Shown piece after piece: positions 25,422 through 37,100 of a DNA stretch of 64,000 nucleotides (positions within the stretch are counted from its first letter, which is position 1; every line of letters starts with the position of its first letter). Source of the DNA: Convolutriloba macropyga. Taxonomy: Eukaryota. The stretch is taken from positions 24,676,001 through 24,740,000 of the forward strand of contig NC_134475.1 in the NCBI RefSeq assembly GCF_964194025.1, read 5' to 3'. The notes under the pieces were generated by a model. That model saw only the letters and a program-made list of their open reading frames with translations, was not told where the DNA came from and ran no database searches. The translations under genes were made by a program, and so were the position numbers.

Positions 25422-26536
25422 ATAGAGCTTATGTGTCTCATAAAAATGACAGTCCGAAGCCAACTCAAAATGTCTAGTGTTCTATTAAAGGACTGGTGGT
25501 CGAGATGTCTGTTTTATTGCTATAGTTGTTTCAATTCATGTAACACCACAAGCGTCTATCGCGGCTATTTTCCGGCATTCTGCCGGCTATGTTCAAGAGA
25601 TTCGATAAAACTTTGAATAATTGCATTTGACTATTTACTTAATTGCATGAAAGAGAGCTTCCTATTTTTCCCGTGGAAAAGTTTGCAAAATTTTTCACCA
25701 TCATATTTACTTTCTTTCTGGAAAAGTGTTTTTACATTAGGGCCCAAATTTGAAATAAATACTTCAGCCGGCCAAACTGATTTCTCTTAACTTCTGTTGA
25801 TGATCTGAAATTCAAAATGAACGGGCACCAAAGTTTTTAGGAAAAACCAGGCTTGTAATTGAGATTAACAATTATTTTCGATCAAGACGACCGTTTTGGA
25901 ACAGCAATTACATAATTACCAATTTTTTTTAAAAAAAAAACAAAACAGTTTAAATTACTCTGATAGGAAATACTAGAAGATTTTGAGGGAAAAGATTTAC
26001 ATTCTGCGGGAAAGATAGCAAGTATTCGAACGTCAAATTGTCCATAAGGCAACAAAGTCGGCTGTTCCTCCTTGGATAAAACGGGTTTGCGACCTCGCTC
26101 AACACAGTTAAATTTGGAGGTCCGTTCAACTTTAAAACATTTTGAAAGTATTCAACAAAAGCCTTTCTTGCATATTCGACAAAAATTTGTCAACTTCCTC
26201 TCATGATATTCAGCAATTTAGCTCTAAATCGCGTTCTTAAGGAACTTTGTTAACGTGCCCCGTCTGCATTGAAGAGAACTTTTTGCAAAGAACTTTCATA
26301 ATATAAATGAGAATTTATGCAGAAGTAAACTACAACAGATCTTTGTCTAAATTGATTGATTTAAGTGTTTCTTGCAATCAGGTGTAAGATTTAGTTATAA
26401 CTTCTAGCGAGCCCTAATTAATGAAATGTAAAGAAACTCATTTACCAACTTATCGTTGGTCTAACGAAACTTCAAAATTAGTTTTTCTCTGGACCAATCC
26501 CAGCTACGACCAAACCTTAGCGTAAGCAGTGTAACG

Positions 26537-26644
26537 CAGTCGATGTCAGTTTTTTTAAAAAATAAACACGACATTAATGCAAAGAGGTAATTGCCTCTTT
26601 GCATTGATGCCGTGCTTTTTATTTTGAAAAACAGACATCGACTG
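26537..26644. repeat. ~108-bp fold-back inverted repeat, followed by a perfect 22-bp palindrome at 26686-26707
   Basis: CAGTCGATGTC...ATGCAAAGAGG-TAATTG-CCTCTTTGCAT...GACATCGACTG; GTTAAGGTAAATTTACCTTAAC. Confidence 0.85.
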
Positions 26645-27748
26645 TACCCTGCTACTTTGCCTTAACAACGGCTTACCTTGACTCCGTTAAGGTAAATTTA
26701 CCTTAACTTTATTTAGTGTGAAGAGGAAAAGGAGCTATAGCATCATTTACAGCTCTTCACGGTTTTCAAACTACATATGCTTGCAAGCGATGAAAACATG
26801 GAGAATGCTGACTGTTAGACTGTGTTTTGATTTGTTTTCTTCTTACCCGATAATAGTGAGGGATTGCAGTAGTTTTTTTTAATATGTGATTTTATTTGCA
26901 CTGTTGCTATCGGTTGAAAGTGGGGAGAACATCCGCCTGTTTTTATTGTAAATCTATATGCTTTGTAACTTACCGATTATTTATAAGTTTCATAATTTTA
27001 AATTTTGATTCCAAAAAATTAAATCGCGGTTATCACTACGGCAGTCAATCGCATCTTTTAGTAAACAATTTGGTCCCGCCTCATTATTTCCAACATGAAG
27101 AAAATAGACAACAACCAAGCATAATTCTAGAAGTATTATGAGTCTGCTCTACAGCTGAACATCAAGACAATTATGGCAAATCATATTTTTATAACAAACT
27201 CATTTACAACAGATGACAAACACGATCTATAACAAACATAAATATACAATCGACTCTTGGGAATTTCTATAGTGAAAATAAATAAACTGCGTCAAATTGG
27301 TACTTTTTTTTATCATGAGTCATTCCTCTACAGGACTGAGAAACTTGACAGGTCAATGGATAACACACGGTTCTAAGAGTGTGTTGTATAGTTAAAATTT
27401 TGAAACCACTTCTTATTACTCCCTTATTACCAGTCATTCTAGCTAACCACTGAGAAAGCGGAATATTTCAAGCATAAATTCAGGTCTTTAAATTGATTTG
27501 ATAAGATTCAATTCGCGCAGTTTAATTTCGAAGTTTCTGTGCATTTCTAGTTTTACGCATTTAGTTTTGCGTATTTCGAAGTTTTAGCGCATTTCTAGAA
27601 TTCGTCATCTTGGGCGACGAAGAAAGTGAAACATCAAAGCTTTCATAAAGACTTAACAAAACACAAACAAGGAAATGACCTAACATGGAAACGTTCTCTA
27701 AGTTGGATGCGTATTCAAATTACCAATCGCAAATCTCAATTCGGATCT

Positions 27749-28179
27749 TTAGAATTCTTCAACTCGTAACCGCAAGTTGTATTTGCAAACCTGCATTTTT
27801 ACATCTTCGAGCAAGGCGTTGGAGGCACAGACACAAACAAGTGCCCGATTGCCAAATTTCTCGTACTCTTCTAGCGTTTTGCCGACATTCATGCGACCTC
27901 TCTTGACCTTCAGAAAGTTGTCAGAGGTCAAGTTATCGCATTCCGTTCTAAACCATCTGCCCATTTTATTTTCAGTGACATTTATAGTCTGCTCAAGTGG
28001 CTGCTTGCCTGTGTAATGTATAATATGGCGACACTTTCGGTAATTTTTGAGTTTCGAAATCAGTTTTAAGTACAACTTGATCATGCAAGCCTCTCTTGCA
28101 GAGTACATCAAGGTCACTCGGGTAAGCTTGGAGTCCTGGTTTTGCTTGTTATCCAGACCTGATCTTGCCTCGTGATCGT
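27749..28179 (-). CDS. Ferric reductase-like gene exon 3 (NADPH-binding C-terminal part)
   Basis: Part of ORF 27749-28267; VTLMYSAR, GRMN, VCVCAS and terminal EEF match the FRD/NOX NAD-binding tail. Confidence 0.8.
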
Positions 28180-31100
28180 CTAAAACAGAACAGTCTTTCA
28201 GGTCCCCTTTTTTTACCTTTAAGAAACCCAAAGTGAGCCTCCAAAATGGTACGAGGTTCTCAAGCACAATAGCTCCAGAATCTGTGGTAAATCAATTCGA
28301 GACAAAGTTGCCCCGTAGTTAATATAAAACATTAACTCTATATGTGGTTCAAAAGTTAGGTAAAACGCCTGTAAATAGATCATCCTTCCAGCGAAATGTT
28401 GCAAACAGGAGCGCGGGTAAAAGCAAATAAATCTGGAAGTTTCTCAAATTTGAATTTAACCCATAGTCAATTATACATTGGTGAATTCAACCTCTTCGGA
28501 CTGTTCCTGTATTGCATATTTCTTGCTGTATAAGAAGAGAATTAGAGGTTTGTGGTTTGGGGCATAACAATAAACTAAAATTAAAAATCAAAGCAGGGAT
28601 CTCTTCTCCATTTGTGCCCCCGTGCGTTACGCACCGCGTCACTAAATTATATATCCCGTGGCATTAAATCAACATGAACAAAATATTGTATACGCTTTTT
28701 GGGGGGGGGGGGCTGTGTCATTATAATGAATCCATTAAGTTGCGGGAGGCAAACGGAAAAGATCCGAAGTGAGAAGGAGAGACAAGAACGAGACCGAGCA
28801 AAACCGCCTCAAACAAAGATGTAAAAAGATTAGGACTAAAATTTGAATACCGGCCAAATGAAAAAAAAAGATTGAAGATAATGTTTTGATAAGAAAAGGA
28901 ACGTGATGTAAAATCAGACGAAAAATTTCAATGCGGATGTAAAATGTGAATCCCCTTTGACGGCAAGTAAAATACAAATAGAAAATCTTTTACTAGAAAA
29001 ATAGAATTTTGGGTTTAGCTTAGGTGTCGGAAATGGGAAAAGATTTAGAGTTCGGCGAACGCAAAGGAAGCCGAAGTAAAAGTAAGCCGGCAGAAAAGAA
29101 GCCAAAAGTTATGTAATCTATCAGAAATAATACATTGTTAGCCGTTACAATCAATACTGCGCGTGGTATTATAGTGCATAATGTATTCCAATGTACCAAA
29201 CAAAAAAAAATACGTCAATTTTTAGACATCTTGTGGGTACGGGCCTCAGCGGACCGCTGTCCATGGACATTCCTCTCATCCGCTGTGGGATGTAAGGTTA
29301 TCCAGGCGAAGCCGCAACGCGCGCGAAGCGCACCCACCGGCCCGCCAGGTGAAACTTAAAATACCAGTATCCCAAAATTGTTCGGCTTCCTTGACCTCAT
29401 TTTCAAAATTCGGCTTGCTTGCCTATCGGCTTGCTTGACCACCAGCGTAGAGTTTAGCTTAAAACTTAACCACAGCAATCAGCCCCGATTGCTCTTGAAG
29501 ATTCAACATTGAAAACTTGAAGAAACTTGCAGATTCTGCCCCAAATTATCCTATAAAACGCAAAATTTATTAGTGAAACAACGTTAAAGTACAGAAATGT
29601 ATTAAGGACTACTCTCCAAAAAATTTTATTGGCAAAAAAAACTAACATGGGATGGAGGAAAAGAATTATGATACTAAAAAGCTGCCTATAGCAAAATTTG
29701 TGCACCTATGTGTCACTTATGCTCAGAAGGCTCAATTTGCGCTAAAGCAATATTAAAGACGTAAAACTATGTATTTTTAAACGAATTTTCATTTCGTATT
29801 CTCCGCTTACACAGAAACATATTAAAGCTGCCTCAATTTTGTACTGTGTGCCACGTTGCAATTCTAGAAGTTTGATTCCCATGGACCAATTTTAAAATCA
29901 GCTCAGCTTAAAAACAAGATCTAGTAGACAACATGTATACTAACGATAAGCAGCATGCACCAAAAATTGTCAGGCTCGAAGCGTTTCCAGCGAAAGAATT
30001 TTGCAAACTCCACTAAAAATGCACAGATTCATTAGATACTCATATAGTATGCTCAAATTCTTCCGTAAATTTGAAAATTACACAAAAAAGTCTACATTTG
30101 AAAACTTTTTGTTTAACATAGCAAAACTCTGTGCATAAATCATAGACTGTCGTCAATTTTATAGTGCAAATATCAAAGGTAGTCATCAAATTCTTCATGA
30201 AAAGGAGAGGAGGTCTGGAAATGGTCAGCAGAAAAGTCCACATCTGAATCTAATTTAAAATATTCTCCATTAGTATGGTGATTTTCGAAGCATATTTTAC
30301 AAAGACTTAAATTTCAATGGAAAAATTTGTTCAGAATAGAATTGGAAATTTGACTTTGATTTTGCTGAGAACTTGCCCAATAACTGAACACAAAGTTTTG
30401 TTCGGTTTGATGTCTGTCAAGTTAAATACAAATTTTCATGTTTACGTTGTTCTATGTGCAATAATGTACGTCAGATCAGGAGGGCAACCAAACAAACATT
30501 TAACAGTTTTATAAATAGACTCCTATCTCATTACCAAACTGCCTTCAATATATTTTTCCCAACGCTCCTCAAATTGCGTTTCAGCTGTTATGTACAATTA
30601 GGGGATCATTGGTTTTTTAAACAAAAAGGAAAAAACGGCGTGCAAAAATCAATTCAATCAAATTTCCTCAAAAGTAAAAGATTAAAACGAAAGCTTGACA
30701 GCGGACAAAACAGCAATGTACCTAGAAGATGCAAAAGAAAGTTGACAATTTCAAACGAATTTTTTTCAGCTGCTAATGTCACAATTGGTAAAATTTGTAA
30801 TTTATGAGTAATTTTTTTGTCGTGTTCTCCGCTTCAACAGAAATATAGAAATATAGGTAAGCTGCCTTAATATTTTAATGTTTGCCAAGTTGCATTTCTA
30901 AAAGCTCAAAACTCAGGGACCAATTTCAAAAGCAGTTCCACCTAAAAACAAGATCTAATAGACATCAGACATACAAAGTGTAAGCAGCATGCGCTGAAAA
31001 AATTCCAGCTCGGAGCTTTTGCGGCACAAGAATTCTGCAAACTCTTCTAAAAACTTCACAGAGTCATTAAATTTTCAAAAAGTATGATAAAGGTCCTTGC

Positions 31101-34100
31101 TTTATTTCGAAAAATTACAAGAGAAACTGTACATTTAAAAACTTATTGATTAACATTGCAAAACTTTGTTCATCAAAATAAGATTGTAATCAATTTCTCA
31201 GTGCATTCATTTAAGGTTGTCATTAATTTGTTCACGAGAAGGAGAGGTATCTTCAAATGTTCAGAAACTAGTCCACATCTGAATCAAATTGAATTAAGGT
31301 TCAATTAGAATGGTCTTTTTTTAAGCATAAACTATCAAGACTGACGTTTCATTGGAAAAATTTGGTCAAAATAGAATTGGAAATTAGACTCACATTTCTT
31401 TGGGAAGTTGTCCAAAAACTGAAATCAAACTGGTGTTTTTTGATGTTTGTGGAGATAATTAAAAGTTTTTGTGTTTACGTTGCTTCTATTTGCCATAATG
31501 TACGTCAGAGAGTGTACGCTCTTCAAATAGTGTTTCAGCTGTGTTGTACGGTTAGGGGGATTATTGGGTTTTTAAATAAAAAAGAAAAATTGGGCGTAGA
31601 AAATTAACTAAACCAAACCTCCTAGAAAAAGAATATTAAACTATTAATTTGACTGCAGACAAATTATTATAATGTACACCGAAGACGCTTCTTAAGGTTA
31701 ACAATCTCGAATGAGATGAAGGTTTCTCCGCTGTTAACTTCATATTTCGTAAAAACTTTGCAGTTTAAACGTGTTGTCAGTGTCCCATTCTCCGCGTACA
31801 CAGAAACAAAGTTAAGAGCTAAGCTATATTACTTTTTTTACTGTTTGCCACATTGCATTTCCAGAGGTTCAGTTCCCATTACCAATATTAAAAATTTTGG
31901 TGGGGCGTTTTGCGCCGCCCAAGTCATATATGCAACCAACATGTACGAATATTGCACACGCTCTTTTGGGGGGCGGCTGTGTCATTAAAAAGAACAAATC
32001 AAGCTGCAGGAGGAAATGGAGAAGACCCAAAGTGAGCAGCAAAGACATGAGCGAATCCAAACAAAACCGCCTCAAACAAAGATGTAAAAGGATTTTGACC
32101 AAAATTTGAATGCCGACGAAATGACAAAAAAAAAGAGTGAAGATAATATTCTGTTAAGAAAGTAAACGTGATGTAAAATCAGACAAATAGTTTCAATGCG
32201 GGTGTAAAATGTGAATCCTCTGACGGCAAATAAACCACAGATAGAAAATCGTCTACTAGAATAAAATAATTTTGGGTCTTGCTCAAATGTTGGAAAGGGG
32301 AAAAGATGTAGAGTTCAGCTTAAAATTTAACCATAGCAATCAGCCCCGATTGCTCTTGAATATTCAACAGTGAAAACTTGAAGAAAATTGCCGATTCTAC
32401 AACAAAAGTATCCTATAAAAAAGAAAATTTGTTAGTGAAATGTCCTTAAAGTATAGAATTGAATTAGGGACTATTTTCCTAAAAACTGTTATTGGCAAAG
32501 ATTAACATGGGATGGAGGAAAAGAACTATAATACTAAAAAACTACTTATAGCAAAATTTGTGCTCTTATGCGTTACTTATGCTCGGAGGACTCAATTTGC
32601 CCTAAAGCGATATTAAAAGCATAAAAATTATGTAATTTCAAACGAGTTATCATAGTTGTACTCTCCGCTTAAACAGAAACATATTTAAGCTGCCTTAACT
32701 TTTTTCTGTTTGCCACGTTGCATTTCTAGAAGTTTGATTCTCATGGACCGTTTTTTAAAGCATTTCAGCTTAAAAACAAGATCTAGTAGACAACAAGCAT
32801 ACAAACGATAAGCAGCATGCACCAAAAAGTGTCAGGTTCAAAGCTTTTCCAGCAAAAGAAATTTGCAAACTTCTCGAAAAAATTCACGGATGCCTCAAAG
32901 TTTCACAAAGTATCATAAACTTTCTTGCTTAATCTTGAAAACAGCCAGAGAAACTGTATAACTGTATTTTACAAAACTTTTTAATTAGCATTGCAAAACC
33001 TGATCATCAATCATAGGTTGTTGACAAATTCTCATGCATATATCTTAGCTTGTCATCAATTTCTTAACCAGAAGGACAGACAGGTATGTGTTCAAATGTT
33101 CAGCAAAAAGTCCACGTCTGAATCAATTTCAAAATCTTTTCTATCATATTTTTCATTTTTGAAGCATTAAATATGAAGACGACATTTCTTTGAACAATTT
33201 GATCAAAATAGAATAGTAAATATTATAAATAAGATCCTATCTCATTATCAAACTCCCTGCAAAGTATTGTTCCAAACGCTCCTCAAATCGTGTATCAGCC
33301 GGGATGTTTAAATAGCTGTTCATCGTTTTTTAAATAAAAAGGAAAGAAGAAGGAAAGAAAGATTAGCTGAATCAAACTTCTCAAAAAATATTAAAACGTT
33401 AAATTGGCTGCGAAAAAAATAATATAGTGTACCCAGAAGATGCAAATGAAGATTGAAAATTTCAAATGGAGGAAGGATTGTTTCTCAGCTGCTAACTTCA
33501 AAATTGGTAAAACTTTGTAGTTTAAAGGTGCTTTCCTGGTCGTATTCTCCGCTTTCACAGAAACATAGTTAAACTCTTTTTTGCCACGTTGCATTTCTAG
33601 AAGTTCAATTCTCAAGGACCACTTTTAATAACAGTTCAGCCTAAAAACACAATCTAGTAGACAGCAGGCATAAAAAAATAAGCAGCATGTGCCAAAAAGT
33701 GTCCAGCTCAAAACCTTTCCTTCGCAAGAATTCGACAAACTCCTCTACAAAATACACGGACTCATTAGACGTTCAAAAAGTATAAAGAAGGTTCTTGCTT
33801 AACATGTAAAATTGTAAGAGAAACTGTTTATTAAAAAAACTTATTGTTTAACATTGCAAAACCTGCCCTTCAATCATAGATTGTTGTCAATTTCTCATGT
33901 ATATATCAGAAGTTGTCATCAATTTCTTCACAAGAAGGTGAGGTACATCTTTAAATGTTCAGCAAATAGTACACATGTGAATCAAATTGGAAATAGTTCC
34001 AATTAGAATGGTCATTTTGAAGCATAGAATACGAAAACTGACTTTCTTTGGAAAAAATTTGGTCAGAATAGAATCTGCAATTGAACTCAGATGTTCTTGG

Positions 34101-37100
34101 GAGCTTTTCCAAAAACTGAAATCAGAATGTGGTTCTATTTGATGTTTGTGGAAATAATTAAAAATTTTTCTAGTTAAGTTACTTTTGCCATAATGTACAT
34201 CAGATAGTGTACGCTCCTCAAATAGTGTTTCAGCTGGGCTGTACGTTTAGTGGGATAGTTCAGTTTTGGAATAAAAAAGAAAACTAGGGCGTGAGAAATA
34301 ACTGAATCAAACTTCCTACAAAAAGATTCAATTGTCAATTTGACTGCGGACAAAGTATTATAAGGTACATAGAAGACGCATATTAGGGTGGACAATCTCA
34401 ATTGAAATGAGAAAGAGGTTTCTCCGCTGTTATCTTCACAATTCGTAAAACTTTGTAGTTCAAACGTTTTCTCAATGTCGTATTCTCCGCTTGCATAGAA
34501 ACATAATTCAGCTGCCTATTTTTTTACTGTTTGCCACGATGCATTTGTAGAGGTTCAGTTCCCATGACCGATCAGCTCACCTTTAAAAAGAAATCTAGTA
34601 GACAGCATGAATAAACGATAAGCAGCATCCACCAAAAAAGTGTCACGTTCAATGCTTTTCCAGCTGAAGAACTTTGCAAGCTCCTCAAAAATTGACACGT
34701 TTTCATTAGATGTTCAAATTTTATGTCAAATGTTCTAACATAATTTTGAAACTTACAAAAGAAACTCCACTTTCGTAAATTTATTGTTTAACATAACAAC
34801 CATCTGTGCATAAATTTTCTTTGGCTTCAGTTTTTCAGTGCGTAAATCAAAAGTTATCAGCAATTTCTTCACGAAAAGAGGGAGTTCTTGAAATGGTCAG
34901 CAAATATTCCACATCTGAACGCATTTAAAAATAATTGTTTTTAAAATTATCAATTTTGAAGCATAGATTAGGAAGGCTGACCTTTCTTCGGAAAAATATG
35001 GTCAAAATAGAATTGGAAATTTGACTCAGATATCCCTAAGATCTTGTCTCAGAACTGAACTCGAAATGTTGTTCTACTTGATGTTTGTGGAGTTAATTAA
35101 AGAATATTCATGTTTACGTCGGTTCTATGTGCCATAATGTGTGTCAGATAAGGAGGGCAACGAAACAAACAGGAGAAAATTTTTTAAATAGACTCCTATC
35201 TCATTGCCAACCTCGCTTCAGTTTCTTGTTCCAAACGCTCTTCAAATTGGGTCCCAAACTGAGTGCACGATTAAAGGGGTCATCTTTTTTTCAAAAACAG
35301 TGGAAGGGGTGTAAAAATTAACAATCAAACTTCTTTACAAAGCTTTAATTTGACTGCGGACAAAATAATATAATATACCTAGAAGATGCATAATGAGGGG
35401 GGAAGTTTTAAGGGGTTTGGGTTTGTCATACATCATAAATTAATTCAGTGCAGTAAATTTATCATACGATGTACTTAATTTATTTAGTGTACTAATTCCT
35501 GAGGGGCATGTGTATAAGTCATTGTTATTTCACATGCTAGTCTGTTGTTCCCATCTCCCATAGCGGGAAATTATTGTTCACGTTTGTTATGACTTCTGGA
35601 ATACCAGTTGCCTTAATCTTCATTCTCTTAGTTTTGCACTTCGCGTACAGTTGCTCAATTTAACTTATTCTTCATTAACTGTCTTTACAAATCGAGTAAA
35701 GTAAACGAATAATCCTTACGCGATTCGCTAAGCGGATTCATTTAGAAATTGTGTAAAGCGCTCTCGCCGCGCAAGTAGGACATAGAACATAAACGAAACT
35801 CGCCACTCAAGAACAAGTACGCAATCTCACTTGCGTACGACATGGCGCAGTCAGCAGCTCAGAAGCGAACCCCACTTGGCATTGAGCCATTTTGGGATAA
35901 ACCTAGTGTAGACCCGCCGCTGAAATGGGAAAAGTGGCAGATGCAGGCCAAGTTAGCTCTTCTTGCGAAGGAAAATATTACAATAGACACTTTGTTGGAA
36001 CCAAAACCCGAAACATTGCAACTACCATTTGAACCGATCTATGAGGTTACGATAACAGGATCATCGGCACAATCGGAGAGGGAAAGACTGGCGAGGAACG
36101 CTCAAACAAAAATGAACTGGGAAAATCGGTGTCAGAGACAACTGGAGATAGGAAAAATGTGCGGAGACAAACCATGCGCACAGGCCGATCGAAAGACTGT
36201 GTCAATGCTATACCTCAGTTTGGGCACTGGAGGACGTCGAATTGTTTGTAGCCAAAACCCACACCTCAAGATGGACAGTCTCTCAACAGCAGAATCATGG
36301 AAACAGCATTTATTCGTCAGCGCAATATAACATTTGATAGATATGTACTTCTCACCACAAAACAGACAAGAGGAGAGTCCATCGAACATTTCTTCGGAAA
36401 ATTGAAAGAACTTTCTGAAAATTGTGAGCTCGGAAGTCAAGAAGACACCCTCATCAGAGATTTACTTATTGCAAATATGTTAGATCCAGAAATTCAACGG
36501 GAATTGTTGCGAGAAACTTTAGAACCAGCCCAAGCATTACGTTTGGCCATAAATATGGAATTAGGTCAAAGAAACCAACTACAAATTACAAACTCGCAAT
36601 CTGCTCCGCAAGTTAATGCAATAATTCCTCAACGATCTTTTTGACCACCGAATCAACGGCCGACTACATCTAGCTTTCCTCGATCACCAAACCAACTCTG
36701 CAGGAACTGTGGCTTAACTTGGTCAGCTAATCATAAAGTCAAGTATATTGCGAGAGGCAAGACTTGCAATAATTGTGTCCCCCAAAACCATTTTTCGCGA
36801 GTGTGCAGGAAACCGAAGTCATCATCAAATAAATCTACCCGCTCTAATGTTAACTCCGTTGAAGAAACTACAACTGACCAAACAGTAAACGCTATACAAA
36901 ATATGAATTATAACCCGCAATGCAAATCGGACTACGATAGCTCAGATGACAATATGGTCGCTAGCATCGCAAGTAACGCAATACAGATCGAACCAAAGAA
37001 CACCATCTTACAAATTGGTAATACCCACGTTGAACTTCTCATTTATTCAGGCAGTGTATGAAGTATTTTGCCCAAGTCTCTCGCTTCGGAAATTGTGGAA

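Noticed and set aside
26085-26137. Mitochondrial 16S rRNA-like motifs (GTTTGCGACCTCG, GGTCCGTTCAACTTTAAA)
   Set aside because: Match too short, the conserved ATGTTG is missing and the spacing is wrong; a NUMT cannot be supported without BLAST.
28219-28404. 61-aa ORF next to reductase exon 3
   Set aside because: Intronic, non-ATG start and a different frame; the good acceptor is at 28180-28181.
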